From positions 800,001-864,000 of the forward strand of contig OZ244852.1 of assembly GCA_965220965.1 (NCBI GenBank): DNA of 64,000 bases, given 5' to 3'. Shown here one piece after another: positions 9,599-19,111 of the stretch. Origin of the DNA: Candidatus Marinacidobacterium sp. GTDB lineage: Bacteria; Acidobacteriota; Vicinamibacteria; Marinacidobacterales; Marinacidobacteraceae. The notes under the pieces are model-generated. The model was not told the DNA's origin and did not search any database. It was given only the letters and a program-made list of their open reading frames with translations. The position numbers were made by a program, and so were the translations under genes. Every line of letters starts with the position of its first letter. Position 1 is the stretch's first letter.

Positions 9599-10945
9599 GT
9601 GTTTCACAAGGTTCTGATCGCCAACCGCGGCGAGATCGCGGTCCGGATCCTCGCGGCCTGCCGCGACCTGGGTCTGCCCACGGTCATCGTGTATTCCGAC
9701 GCCGACCGGGATTCGCTGCCCGTCCGTCTGGCCGATGAGGGCATCTGCATCGGGCCCGCGGCGCCCCGCGACAGCTATCTGGACGTGCCGCGGATCATCA
9801 CCGCCGCCGAGATCGCCGGGGCGGACGCGATCCATCCGGGGTACGGGTTTCTGGCCGAGAGCCATTCGCTCGCCGAGGTCTGCGACGCCTGCCGGGTGAC
9901 GTTCATCGGACCGCCGCCCGGGGCGATCCAGGTGATGGGCGACAAGGCGCTGGCCCGGCGCACGATGAAGGCGGCCGGCGTTCCGATCCTGCCGGGAACC
10001 GAGGAGCCGATCGCCGATGCGGCGGCGGCCCGCGGGATCGCTTCCGAAGTGGGCTATCCGGTGCTCCTCAAGGCGTCGTTCGGCGGGGGCGGCCGGGGCA
10101 TGCGCATCGTGCGGAGCGAGGCGGAACTCGACGACGCCTTCGCCTCCGCCTCCGCCGAGGCGACCGCGGCGTTCGGCGATGGCGAGATCTACCTCGAGCG
10201 CTACCTCTCCAGCGTGCGCCACATCGAGGTCCAGGTGTTCGCCGACAGCCACGGGAACACCGTGCATCTCGGCGAACGCGACTGTTCGGTCCAGCGCCGG
10301 CACCAGAAACTCGTCGAGGAGGCGCCGGCGCCCGGCCTGTCCCCGGACACCCGACGCGAACTCGGTGAGGCGGCGGTCCGGGCGGCCGAGGCGGTCGACT
10401 ACCGGAACGCGGGCACCGTCGAGTTCCTGATGGATCCGGAGGGGCGCTTCTACTTCAGCGAGATGAACGTCCGGATCCAGGTGGAGCACCCGGTGACCGA
10501 GATGGTGACCGGATTCGACCTCGTCCGCGAGCAGATCCGCGTCGCCGCGGGCGAGCCCCTCTCGTTCCGGCAGGCCGACGTGAAGCTGACCGGGGCGTCC
10601 ATCGAGTGCCGGATCAACGCGGAGGATCCGGACACGTTCACTCCCAGCCCGGGGAAGATCACCGGCTTCCACAGCCCCGGAGGGCCGGGCGTCCGGGTCG
10701 ACACGGCGTTTCACGCCGGTTCGGTCGTCCCTCCGTGGTACGACTCGCTGGTGGCGAAGCTCATCACCCACGGCGAGGACCGGGCGCACGCCGTCGCCCG
10801 GATGCGCCGCGCCCTCGCCGAGATGGAGGTCGAAGGGATCCGGACGTCCATTCCGCTCCATCGGCGCATCCTCGCGAGCGAGGAATTCGCCGCCGGGGGG
10901 TTCGACACCGGATTCCTGACCCGGATGGATCCGGTCCCGGCGTGA
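9599..10945 (+). CDS. accC: Biotin carboxylase
   Basis: KVLIANRGEIA, HPGYGFLAE, GGGGRGM, ERDCSVQRRHQK, RIQVEHPVTE. Confidence 0.97.
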   Translation: MFHKVLIANRGEIAVRILAACRDLGLPTVIVYSDADRDSLPVRLADEGICIGPAAPRDSYLDVPRIITAAEIAGADAIHPGYGFLAESHSLAEVCDACRVTFIGPPPGAIQVMGDKALARRTMKAAGVPILPGTEEPIADAAAARGIASEVGYPVLLKASFGGGGRGMRIVRSEAELDDAFASASAEATAAFGDGEIYLERYLSSVRHIEVQVFADSHGNTVHLGERDCSVQRRHQKLVEEAPAPGLSPDTRRELGEAAVRAAEAVDYRNAGTVEFLMDPEGRFYFSEMNVRIQVEHPVTEMVTGFDLVREQIRVAAGEPLSFRQADVKLTGASIECRINAEDPDTFTPSPGKITGFHSPGGPGVRVDTAFHAGSVVPPWYDSLVAKLITHGEDRAHAVARMRRALAEMEVEGIRTSIPLHRRILASEEFAAGGFDTGFLTRMDPVPA

Positions 10946-11601
10946 GGGGTTCCCGGTTCTTCCCTGAAACGCCGCTGTATCCCATTCTGGATGCGGAGGG
11001 CATCGGGGGGAGCGACCCGGGTCCTTTCCTCGCCGCGTTCGCGGACGCCGGAGTCCGGGTGGCGCAACTCCGCGCCAAGGATCTGCCGGCCCGCGAATAC
11101 CTCGCGTGGGCGCAGGCCGGCGTGCGGGCCGCCGAAGACGCTCCGATCCTCGTCCTGGTGAACGACCGCGCCGACGTGGCGCTTCTCGCCGGCGCCGACG
11201 GGGTCCACCTGGGGCAGGACGACCTCTCTCCCCGGCGGGCCCGGAAACTGCTGGGGCCCGACGCCGTGATCGGCCTCTCGACCCACAGCCCGGCGCAGGC
11301 GGCCTCCGGCGCCGAGGAGCCGGTCGACTACCTGGCGATCGGCCCCGTCTTCGGCACCTCGACGAAGGCCGACGCGGAGCCGGTCGTGGGCGTCGAAGGG
11401 GTGCGGTCGGCGCGTCGCGAGACCTCCGGGCCCCTCGTCGCCATCGGCGGCCTCGACGGGGACCGCGGGTCCGCCGCCCTCGCAGCCGGCGCCGACGCGG
11501 TCGCGGTCATCTCGGCGGTCGCCGCCCCTTCGCCGGAAGCCGCCGGCGAGCGCGCCCGGGAGCTACTCGCCCGCCTCCGGCCACCGGAGAGGATGGCGTA
11601 G
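10942..11601 (+). CDS. thiE: Thiamine-phosphate synthase
   Basis: QLRAK, NDRADVA, GVHLGQDD, IGLSTH, GPVFGTSTK, VAIGG; GTGA overlap with accC. Confidence 0.92.
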   Translation: MRGSRFFPETPLYPILDAEGIGGSDPGPFLAAFADAGVRVAQLRAKDLPAREYLAWAQAGVRAAEDAPILVLVNDRADVALLAGADGVHLGQDDLSPRRARKLLGPDAVIGLSTHSPAQAASGAEEPVDYLAIGPVFGTSTKADAEPVVGVEGVRSARRETSGPLVAIGGLDGDRGSAALAAGADAVAVISAVAAPSPEAAGERARELLARLRPPERMA

Positions 11602-11605
11602 CGCG

Positions 11606-12535
11606 TTGGCCGGGAGGATTCTCGACGGCCGCCGGATCGGCGCCGCGATTCGCGCCGACGCCGCCGAGGCCGCAAGCGCGTTCGCAGCCGGAGGCCGCCC
11701 GCCGGGGCTGGCGGTCGTGCTGGTGGGGGATGACCCCGCCTCCGCGATCTATGTCCGCGGCAAGGTCCGGGCCTCCAAGGAAGCGGGCATCCGCTCGGAG
11801 AGCCACCGCCTCGCGGCGGACACGTCGTCCGACGAGCTGGCGGAGGTGCTCGACCGGCTGAACGAGGACGAGTCGGTGGACGCGATCCTGCTGCAGCTTC
11901 CGCTTCCGGCGGGACTCGACGCCGGGTCGTTCCTTGCCCGGATCCGGCCCGACAAGGATGTGGACGGCTTCCACCCGGTGAACGTGGGCCGCCTGGTCGC
12001 GAATGCGCCCGGCCCGCGGCCCTGCACCCCCGCCGGGATCATGGAGATGTTCCGGCGCGAGGGGATCGGGGTCGCCGGGCGGCGGGCGGTCGTGGTGGGC
12101 CGCAGCGACATCGTGGGCAAGCCGCTGGCGCTTCTGCTGCTCCACCAGCACGCCACCGTCACGCTCTGCCACTCGAGGACGCGGGATCTGCCGGCGGTCT
12201 GCGCCGGAGCCGACATCCTGTGCGCCGCGGTGGGGAGCGCGGGCCTTCTCGGCGAGGATGCGATCCGGCCCGGCGCGGTCGTCGTGGATGTGGGCATGAA
12301 CCGGGTCGCGGACGAGGCGCAGGTCCGGGAGCTGTTCGGCGACAACCCGCGGCGGCTGGCGCGCTTCCGCAAGAACGGCTCGACGCTCGTCGGCGATGTC
12401 CACCCGCTCGCCATGCGGGAGCGCTCCTCCGCCTTCACTCCGGTGCCCGGGGGCGTCGGGCCGCTGACGATCGCGATGCTGCTGCGGAACACCGTGGAGC
12501 TGGCGGAGGCCCGGCGCGCCGCCGGGCGCCGCTGA
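11606..12535 (+). CDS. folD: Methylenetetrahydrofolate dehydrogenase/cyclohydrolase
   Basis: QLPLP, KDVDGFHP, PCTP, GRSDIVGKP, TPVPGGVGPLT. Confidence 0.96.
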   Translation: MAGRILDGRRIGAAIRADAAEAASAFAAGGRPPGLAVVLVGDDPASAIYVRGKVRASKEAGIRSESHRLAADTSSDELAEVLDRLNEDESVDAILLQLPLPAGLDAGSFLARIRPDKDVDGFHPVNVGRLVANAPGPRPCTPAGIMEMFRREGIGVAGRRAVVVGRSDIVGKPLALLLLHQHATVTLCHSRTRDLPAVCAGADILCAAVGSAGLLGEDAIRPGAVVVDVGMNRVADEAQVRELFGDNPRRLARFRKNGSTLVGDVHPLAMRERSSAFTPVPGGVGPLTIAMLLRNTVELAEARRAAGRR

Positions 12536-12566
12536 CACCCCAAGAGGCGGTCCCCGGGAGGTCGCC

Positions 12567-13187
12567 GTGGTGCGCATCGGCCTGACCGGCGGCATCGCCT
12601 CGGGCAAGACGGTCGTGCGCCGGGTCTTCGAGCAGGAGGGCATCCCGATGCTCGACGCCGACGCCGTGACCCACGCCTACCTTGCTCCGGGGGGCGCGCT
12701 GGTCGGGCCGGTCGTGGAGCGTTTCGGGGACGAAGTGCTCGACGCCGAGGGCGGGGTGAACCGGCGAGCCCTCGGCGCCAGGGTGTTCGTCGATCCCGAG
12801 GCGCGCCGCTGGCTGAACCGCGCGACCCATCCGCGGATCCGGGCGGACATCGCCGCGTTTCTGGAGGCGAGAGAGTCGGAAGGTTGCGCGGCGGCGGGCG
12901 TCGAAGCCGCGCTCATCGTCGAGACCGGGAGCTACACCGCCTACGACCGGGTCGTGGTGGTGCAGTGCGCTCCGGCCGCGCAGGTGGAGCGGCTGCTCGA
13001 GCGCAACCCGGAGATGACCCGGCAGGAGGCCCGGTTGCGGCTCTCGGCGCAGTTGAGCGCGGAGGAGCGGGCGCGCCGGGCGACGGATGTGGTGAACAGC
13101 GACGGGGCCCTCGAAGAGACGAGAGCCCGGGCCCGCGAGCTCGCGCGGCGTCTCCTCTCGGAGGGGGGCGTCTCCGGCGCTGGATGA
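12567..13187 (+). CDS. coaE: Dephospho-CoA kinase
   Basis: IGLTGGIASGKT, DAD, THP.IR, A.LIVE. Confidence 0.95.
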   Translation: MVRIGLTGGIASGKTVVRRVFEQEGIPMLDADAVTHAYLAPGGALVGPVVERFGDEVLDAEGGVNRRALGARVFVDPEARRWLNRATHPRIRADIAAFLEARESEGCAAAGVEAALIVETGSYTAYDRVVVVQCAPAAQVERLLERNPEMTRQEARLRLSAQLSAEERARRATDVVNSDGALEETRARARELARRLLSEGGVSGAG

Positions 13188-13194
13188 CCCGAAA

Positions 13195-13764
13195 TCAGTC
13201 GCCGAAAGAAGCCCACGCGGTCTCGAGCGCTCCCCGGGCTTCGAGGATCCGCTCCACGACCTGACGCACCGCGCCCCGGCCTCCGGGAAAGTCGCTGACG
13301 TAGAGCGCCTCGGCGAGCACTCGGGGGTGAGCGTCGGAAGGCGCCGCCGCGAACCCGGCCCTCCGCATCGCCGGAAGGTCCTGGACATCGTCGCCGATGA
13401 AGGCGACCTGGGAGGCGGCGAGCGACAGCGACCGGCAGGCGTCCTCGAAGGCGACGCCCTTGGTGAAGCACCCCTCCCGCAGGAACGCGGCGCCGATCTC
13501 CTGCGCCCGCCGGCGCACGATCTGCGAGGTTCTTCCGGTCACAAAACCGAGCCGGATTCCCGATCGGCGGGCCAGCAGGAGCCCCAGGCCGTCCCGCGCG
13601 TGGAAGCGCTTGATTTCGGGAAGGCCGGACTCCTCATCGGCGGGAACGAAGGTCCCGTCGGTGAGCACGCCGTCCACATCGAGGAGGATGGCCTCCACCT
13701 GCGAGGCGCGCTCCCTGAGTTCCGGCGTCCAGACCCGGTTCGGGCCGGATTCCGGGAGGTTCAC
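13195..13764 (-). CDS. kdsC: KdsC-family HAD phosphatase (KDO-8-phosphate phosphatase-like)
   Basis: LLDVDGVLTDG, F.ARDGLG, TGR, IGDD..D, GGRGAVR; C-terminal part of the long 13195..17052 track ORF; GTG overlaps the upstream stop. Confidence 0.88.
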   Translation of the reverse strand: MNLPESGPNRVWTPELRERASQVEAILLDVDGVLTDGTFVPADEESGLPEIKRFHARDGLGLLLARRSGIRLGFVTGRTSQIVRRRAQEIGAAFLREGCFTKGVAFEDACRSLSLAASQVAFIGDDVQDLPAMRRAGFAAAPSDAHPRVLAEALYVSDFPGGRGAVRQVVERILEARGALETAWASFGD

Positions 13765-14159
13765 TCGAGGTTGAGCTGCCAGGAGACGCCGAACCGGTCC
13801 TGGATCCAGGCGAACCGGCTGCTGAATCCGTAGTTGTCGAGCGGCATCAACGCCGAGCCGCCCTCGAGCAGCGCCGCGTTCAGCCGCTCGATTTCCTCCT
13901 CCGACTCGCAGGTCAGGAAGAAGGAGAACGAAGGCGTGAACGTGAAGGCGTGCTGGCCCGCCGGGCTGTCGCTCGCCCGCACCGTGAGTCCGCCGATTCG
14001 GAAGCGGGCCAGCTTGATGGCGCCTTCGACCCCGGGTTCGCCGCTGGTCCAGCGCTGGACGTCCTCGATCTCGCTGTCTTCGACCAGGGAGAGATAGAAG
14101 CTCATCGCCTCTTCCGCTCGTCCCTCGAACATCAGGAAAGGGGTCAGATCGCGGGCCAT
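13761..14159 (-). CDS. VOC/PhnB-family (3-demethylubiquinone-9 methyltransferase-like) protein
   Basis: TPFLMFEG.AEEA..FY, FTPSFS, MPLDNYGFS..F.W..DRFGVSWQL. Confidence 0.88.
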   Translation of the reverse strand: MARDLTPFLMFEGRAEEAMSFYLSLVEDSEIEDVQRWTSGEPGVEGAIKLARFRIGGLTVRASDSPAGQHAFTFTPSFSFFLTCESEEEIERLNAALLEGGSALMPLDNYGFSSRFAWIQDRFGVSWQLNLE

Positions 14160-14183
14160 CTTCGTGTCCTCCGGAGGGGCGGT

Positions 14184-15956
14184 TCAGGCCGTGGCGGACG
14201 CCGGCAGGGGAGCCGCTTCGGCATTCGCCAGCCCTTCCCGACGCTCCAGCGCCGCCCCGATGAACTCGCGGAAGAGGGGGTGGGGGCGGAGCGGGTTCGA
14301 CTGGAACTCGGGGTGAAACTGGACCGCGAGGAACCACGGATGATCCGGGATCTCGCACACTTCGAAGAAGCCGTCCTCGGTGGAGCCCGAAAAGCGCATG
14401 CCCTCGGCGGTGAGCCGGGCCTCGTAGTCGTGGTGGAACTCGTAGCGGTGGCGGTGGCGTTCCCGAATCCTGGTCGTTCCGTAGACCTGCGCCGCGAGCG
14501 ACCCCTCCTCGAGCAGGCAGGTCACCGCCCCGACCCGCATCGTGCCGCCCATGGGCTCGGCGCCTTCGAGGTCGCGGAGCAGGGCGAAGACCTGATGGGG
14601 CGACTCGGGGTCGATTTCCTCGGTGCTGGCGCCGGTGAGGCCGCATCGGGAGCGGGCGAACTCCACGAGCGCCCACTGGAAGCCGTAACAGATCCCGAAG
14701 AACGGAACCCGGCTCCGCCGCGCGCGCCCGGCGGCTGCCGCCATGCCCTCGGTTCCCCGCCGGCCGAAGCCTCCCGGAACCAGGATCCCGTCGCAGTCGT
14801 CCAGTTGCGAGAGGTCGCCGCCCTCCAGGCTCTCGGCCTCGATCCACCGGATGCTCACCCGGGCGCCGTGCGGAACGCCTCCGTGGAGCAGGGCCTCGCC
14901 GAGGCTCTTGTAGGAGTCCTTGTGCTCCACGTATTTCCCCACCACCGCGATCCGCACATCCCGGCTGCCGGTGTGGAGCCGCTCGACCAGCGCCCGCCAT
15001 TCGTCGAGCTGGCGCTCCCGCGACGGAAGCCGGAAGTGCCGAAGGATCCGGGTGTCCACGCCTTCGGCGGCCAGGTTCAGCGGGACCTCGTAGACCGAGC
15101 GGGCGTCCACCGCGGTGAACACCGCGTCCGCCGAGACCGAGGTGTGGAGACCGATCTTCGCCTTGATGTCGGCGGGGAGCGCCTCCTCGGCCCGGCACAG
15201 CAGGACATCCGGCTGGATGCCGATCGCGCGGAGCTCCCGGACGCTGTGCTGGGTGGGCTTCGTCTTGTACTCGCCCGCGGTGCGGATCATCGGAACGAGC
15301 GTCAGGTGCAGGAAGCAGACGCGGTCGGCCCCGGCGTCCAGCCGGAACTGGCGGGCGGCCTCCAGAAACGGCTGCCCCTCGATGTCGCCGATCGTCCCAC
15401 CGATCTCGGCGATCACCACATCCGCGCCGTCCCGCACCGCCACCGCGTTCACGCGGCGCTTGATCTCGTCGGTGACATGGGGGACGACCTGGACGGTGGC
15501 GCCCAGATAGCCCCCCTGGCGCTCGCGCTCGATGACCTGCTCGTAGATCTGGCCGCTCGTCACGTTCGAGAGGGACGAGAACGCCCCCCCGGTGAAGCGC
15601 TCGTAGTGGCCGAGATCGAGATCGGTCTCCGCCCCGTCGTGGGTGACGAACACCTCGCCGTGCTGGTACGGGCTCATCGTGCCCGGATCCACGTTCAGGT
15701 AGGGGTCGAGCTTGAGGAAGCTCACCGTGTACCCCTGGGACTTCAGCAGCCGCCCCACCGAGGCTGATGCGATGCCCTTGCCGAGCGAGGAGATGACCCC
15801 GCCGGTGACGAACAGGAACCGGGTCTTCTCGGGGATCTCGAGCGGCGGGGGAACCCCGCGGTCCCGGGCCGGGCCGCCCTTCGCCGAGCCGGGCGCCCCA
15901 CGCCCGCGCTCCGCCGGATGGTCCGCCACCCGGAAAGGGTAACTCCGGACCTCCAT
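14184..15956 (-). CDS. pyrG: CTP synthase (start uncertain)
   Basis: FVTGGVISSLGKG, DPYLNVDPGTMSPYQHGEV, KTKPTQHSV, GICYG, RHRHRYE, QFHPEF. Confidence 0.97.
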   Translation of the reverse strand: MEVRSYPFRVADHPAERGRGAPGSAKGGPARDRGVPPPLEIPEKTRFLFVTGGVISSLGKGIASASVGRLLKSQGYTVSFLKLDPYLNVDPGTMSPYQHGEVFVTHDGAETDLDLGHYERFTGGAFSSLSNVTSGQIYEQVIERERQGGYLGATVQVVPHVTDEIKRRVNAVAVRDGADVVIAEIGGTIGDIEGQPFLEAARQFRLDAGADRVCFLHLTLVPMIRTAGEYKTKPTQHSVRELRAIGIQPDVLLCRAEEALPADIKAKIGLHTSVSADAVFTAVDARSVYEVPLNLAAEGVDTRILRHFRLPSRERQLDEWRALVERLHTGSRDVRIAVVGKYVEHKDSYKSLGEALLHGGVPHGARVSIRWIEAESLEGGDLSQLDDCDGILVPGGFGRRGTEGMAAAAGRARRSRVPFFGICYGFQWALVEFARSRCGLTGASTEEIDPESPHQVFALLRDLEGAEPMGGTMRVGAVTCLLEEGSLAAQVYGTTRIRERHRHRYEFHHDYEARLTAEGMRFSGSTEDGFFEVCEIPDHPWFLAVQFHPEFQSNPLRPHPLFREFIGAALERREGLANAEAAPLPASATA

Positions 15957-16002
15957 CGGGACTGCCGAGCTCCGCAGCAGGGTTCGGGTCTCGTCGGTCG
16001 GG

Positions 16003-16056
16003 GTTTTCGGCGCCGCTCCGGATTTGACCCGGATCCCCCCGGCCATCCGTCGTGCA
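16003..16056 (+). promoter_or_regulatory. Putative pilus-regulon motif copy 2 upstream of pilT
   Basis: GTTTTCG at 16003 and CGTCgtGCA at 16048-16056; same offsets as the pilM copy but weaker flanks. Confidence 0.35.
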
Positions 16057-16062
16057 TGGGAG

Positions 16063-17229
16063 ATGAACGACCTCCCTCCCGGCGCCGACGCGACGACGCC
16101 ACCGGACGATTCGCCGGTCGCGGCGGCGCCCGAACCGGCGACCAACCCGGCCGAGGAGCTCGGCCGGTTCCTCGCCGATCTCGTCCGCCGGGGGGGAAGC
16201 GATCTGCACCTGGTCCCCGGCGCGGCGCCCCGGTTTCGGCTGAACGGGGTTCTGAAGCGCGCCGCGCGAAGCCCGCTGCCCGTCGCCCGGGTCGAGGCGA
16301 TGGTCTTCACCGCGATGCCCCGGCGTCAGCGGGAGCGGGTCGCCGACGGCGAAGAGGCCGACTTCGCCTTCGCCCTCGCCGGCGTCGCCCGCTTCCGCGT
16401 CAGCGTGTTCCGGCGGCGCGGCGCGCTCGGCGGCGTCTACCGGGTGGTGAACGAACAGATCCCCTCGTTCTCCGCGCTCGGACTTCCCGCCGGCGCGGCG
16501 GACCTCGCGGCCCTGACCTCGGGGCTGTTCCTCGCGACCGGCCCGGTCGGATCCGGCAAGTCCACCACCCTGGCGGCGATCGTCGACCGCATCAACCGCA
16601 CCCGCGAGGCGCACGTGGTCACGGTGGAAGACCCGGTGGAGGTGATTCACCGGGAGGACCGGGCGCTGGTCACCCAGCGGCAGGTCGGCGCCGACACCGC
16701 CTCGTTCCACGCGGCGCTGCGCGCCGTGCTGCGGTCCGACCCGGATGTGGTCGTGATCGGGGAGATCCGGGACCGCGAGACCGCCGACGCGGCGCTCCGG
16801 GTCAGCGAAACCGGCCACCTGGCGCTCGCCACGCTGCACGCCCGCTCGGTGATCCACGCCCTCCAGCGCCTCTTCGAGCTCTTTCCGGCGCTGCAGCAGC
16901 GGCAGATCCGCAACCGCATCGCGGCGTCCCTCGAGTCGATCTACTGCCAGCGGCTGGTGCGCCGCGCTGACGGGCGGGGTCGGGTTGTCGCGGTGGAGCG
17001 CCTGATTCCCACGACCGCCGCGCGGAACCTCATTCGCGAGGACAAGCTGCACCAGCTCTTCGCCGTCCTGGACGCGGGCGCGCAGCGCGGGCGCTCCGTC
17101 TCGCTGAACGATGCGCTGGCGGACCTGGTCCGGCGGGGGGTCGTCGCCGCGGATGACGCGCTCTCGGCGTCGAACGACCCCGAAGCCCTGGGGACCAGCC
17201 TTCGATCTCCGGAGGGTCGCCGGTCTTGA
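16063..17229 (+). CDS. pilT: Type IV pilus retraction ATPase PilT
   Basis: SDLHL, GPVGSGKST Walker A, EDPVE, DPDVVVIGEIRD, ATLH, AARNLIRE (AIRNLIRE-like). Confidence 0.92.
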   Translation: MNDLPPGADATTPPDDSPVAAAPEPATNPAEELGRFLADLVRRGGSDLHLVPGAAPRFRLNGVLKRAARSPLPVARVEAMVFTAMPRRQRERVADGEEADFAFALAGVARFRVSVFRRRGALGGVYRVVNEQIPSFSALGLPAGAADLAALTSGLFLATGPVGSGKSTTLAAIVDRINRTREAHVVTVEDPVEVIHREDRALVTQRQVGADTASFHAALRAVLRSDPDVVVIGEIRDRETADAALRVSETGHLALATLHARSVIHALQRLFELFPALQQRQIRNRIAASLESIYCQRLVRRADGRGRVVAVERLIPTTAARNLIREDKLHQLFAVLDAGAQRGRSVSLNDALADLVRRGVVAADDALSASNDPEALGTSLRSPEGRRS

Positions 17230-18362
17230 GCCTCCTCGAGCGGACCCGGCGGGCGGCGCGTCGCGCCTTCACGCGGCCGTCGGGCCGTCCGTTGTCCCGC
17301 GTCCTGTCGCGGCCGGCATGGACCCTGCCCGTCAGCCGGCGTCAGGTCGCCGCGATGGTCCGCCAACTGGCGGTCATGGTGGGCGCCGGACTGCCGCTCG
17401 CCGAGAGCCTGCGCGCGCTTCGGCGGCAGCAGGAGAACAGCCGGCTGCGATCCGTCGTGGAGGCGGTGGCCGGGGATGTGGAGGCGGGCAGCTCGCTGGC
17501 CCGGGCCATGGGCCGCCACCCCCAGGTGTTCAACCGCCTGACGGTCGCGATGACCGGAATCGGCGAGTCCAGCGGACGCCTCGACGAGAGCCTTCTCCGC
17601 GTCGCGGACGAGCTCGAGAAGGCCGCCGAGACCGCGGCGCAGGTCCGGGGGGCCTTCGCCTACCCGCTCGTGGTGGGCGCCATCGGGGTGGCCGTGGTGG
17701 CGGTGATCCTCTGGAAGGTCGTGCCGGTCTTCACCGAACTCTACGAGGGGCTCGACGCCGAGCTTCCGCTCGCCACCCGCCTGGTGGTGGATGTCTCCCG
17801 CTCCTTCGGGGTCTGGGCCGCGTTCGGCGCCGCGGCGACGGCGCTGGGCGTCTTCGGCCTGGTGCGCCTCCGCCGGAGCCCGGCCGGCGCCGCCGGTCTG
17901 GACCGTCTGGCCCTCTCGATCCCGCTGTTCGGCAGGATCATCCACCGGGCTGCGGTGGCGCGGTTCTGCCGGACGCTGGCGGCGCTCACCGCTGCGGGGG
18001 TGCCGGTCGTCCAGGGCCTGGACATCGCTCGCGGGGCGGTGGGGAACCGGCACATGGAGCACGCGCTGGGCGATGTGCGCGACCGGATGGCGAGCGGCTC
18101 CTCGCTCTCCGATCCGCTGCGAGCCACCGGGCTCTTCCCGCCGATGCTCGTCCAGATGGTCTCCGTCGGGGAGCGGACGGGAGAACTGGACGCTTCGCTC
18201 GACCGGGTGGCCGAGTTCCACGAGAAGGAGGTCGGGCGCGCCACCGCCGTCGTCCTCCCCCTGCTCGAGCCGCTGCTGATTCTCTTCCTGGGCGCCGCGA
18301 TCGGCGGAATCGTCGTCGCCATGTACCTGCCGATCTGGAATCTGGTCGGGCGGTTGTCGTGA
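17226..18362 (+). CDS. pilC: Type IV pilus platform protein PilC (T2SS F family)
   Basis: RQLAVMVGAGLPL, GESSGRLD, AFAYP, GERTGELD, LLEP, AMYLPIW. Confidence 0.93.
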   Translation: MSLLERTRRAARRAFTRPSGRPLSRVLSRPAWTLPVSRRQVAAMVRQLAVMVGAGLPLAESLRALRRQQENSRLRSVVEAVAGDVEAGSSLARAMGRHPQVFNRLTVAMTGIGESSGRLDESLLRVADELEKAAETAAQVRGAFAYPLVVGAIGVAVVAVILWKVVPVFTELYEGLDAELPLATRLVVDVSRSFGVWAAFGAAATALGVFGLVRLRRSPAGAAGLDRLALSIPLFGRIIHRAAVARFCRTLAALTAAGVPVVQGLDIARGAVGNRHMEHALGDVRDRMASGSSLSDPLRATGLFPPMLVQMVSVGERTGELDASLDRVAEFHEKEVGRATAVVLPLLEPLLILFLGAAIGGIVVAMYLPIWNLVGRLS

Positions 18363-18529
18363 CCGACGCCCGTTCCGCCCACGCCCACGCCGCTTCTTCC
18401 CGCGCTCACGCGCCTTCATCCGCAGGCCGCCAGGCCCCGCCCGGAGGTTCTATTCTTATGAACTGCAAGGAAATCGCTCTCCCGTCCCGCCGGAACCACT
18501 CGCTCGCTTCCGACGCCCCGCAAGACCTC

Positions 18530-19111
18530 ATGTCCGTTTCCGCCTCCTCCGCTCCCTCCCGCGCCCAGGCGTCCCGGCGCGAGCGGGGGTTCACCCTGAT
18601 CGAACTGCTCATCGTGGTGGCGATCATCGGGGTGATCGCCGGGATCGCCATTCCCCAGTTGCTGCGCGCCCGGCTCTCGGCGAACGAGGCGCAGGCGATC
18701 GGTGATTCGAGGGCGGTGATCGCCGCCCAGCAGACCTACGCCGCGTCGAACTGCGGGTTCTTCTCCGACCTGGTGAACCTCTGTCGGGACGGCGGCGACT
18801 GCGCCGGCATCGGCATTCCCGAGTACCCGGATGTCGCGCCCGAGTTCGTCGGGGGCGACCTGGGGCGGACCACGCCCTATGTGAAGTCGGGTTACAACCG
18901 CAGCCTCACCGGGAACGGAACGCCCACCACCGTCCCCGACCACTGCGATCCCGAGAGCCTGCTCGACTACTGCTACCACTCGGAGCCCGCCGATCTGGGT
19001 CGGACCGGCGTCCGCTCGTTCTCCGCCACCAGCTCCGGAGCTCTCTACAACGACCCGTCCGGGACGGCGATCGAGTGTCCGGTCCCGGCCGGCACCGCCT
19101 TCCTCGAGTGA
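18530..19111 (+). CDS. pilA: Type IV major pilin candidate
   Basis: RERG|FTLIELLIVVAIIGVIAGIAIP class III signal; ANEAQAI helix; TGVRSF motif; AT-rich TATTCT box at 18451. Confidence 0.85.
   Translation: MSVSASSAPSRAQASRRERGFTLIELLIVVAIIGVIAGIAIPQLLRARLSANEAQAIGDSRAVIAAQQTYAASNCGFFSDLVNLCRDGGDCAGIGIPEYPDVAPEFVGGDLGRTTPYVKSGYNRSLTGNGTPTTVPDHCDPESLLDYCYHSEPADLGRTGVRSFSATSSGALYNDPSGTAIECPVPAGTAFLE

Noticed and set aside
13195-17052. 1285-aa minus-strand ORF as one protein
   Set aside because: Only the last 189 aa (kdsC-like) are coding; the rest overlaps pyrG, the VOC gene and pilT in other frames
18530-19111. Electrically conductive (e-pilin) candidate
   Set aside because: Full-length pilin with about 13 F/Y in ~173 mature residues and a long aromatic-free N-terminal helix
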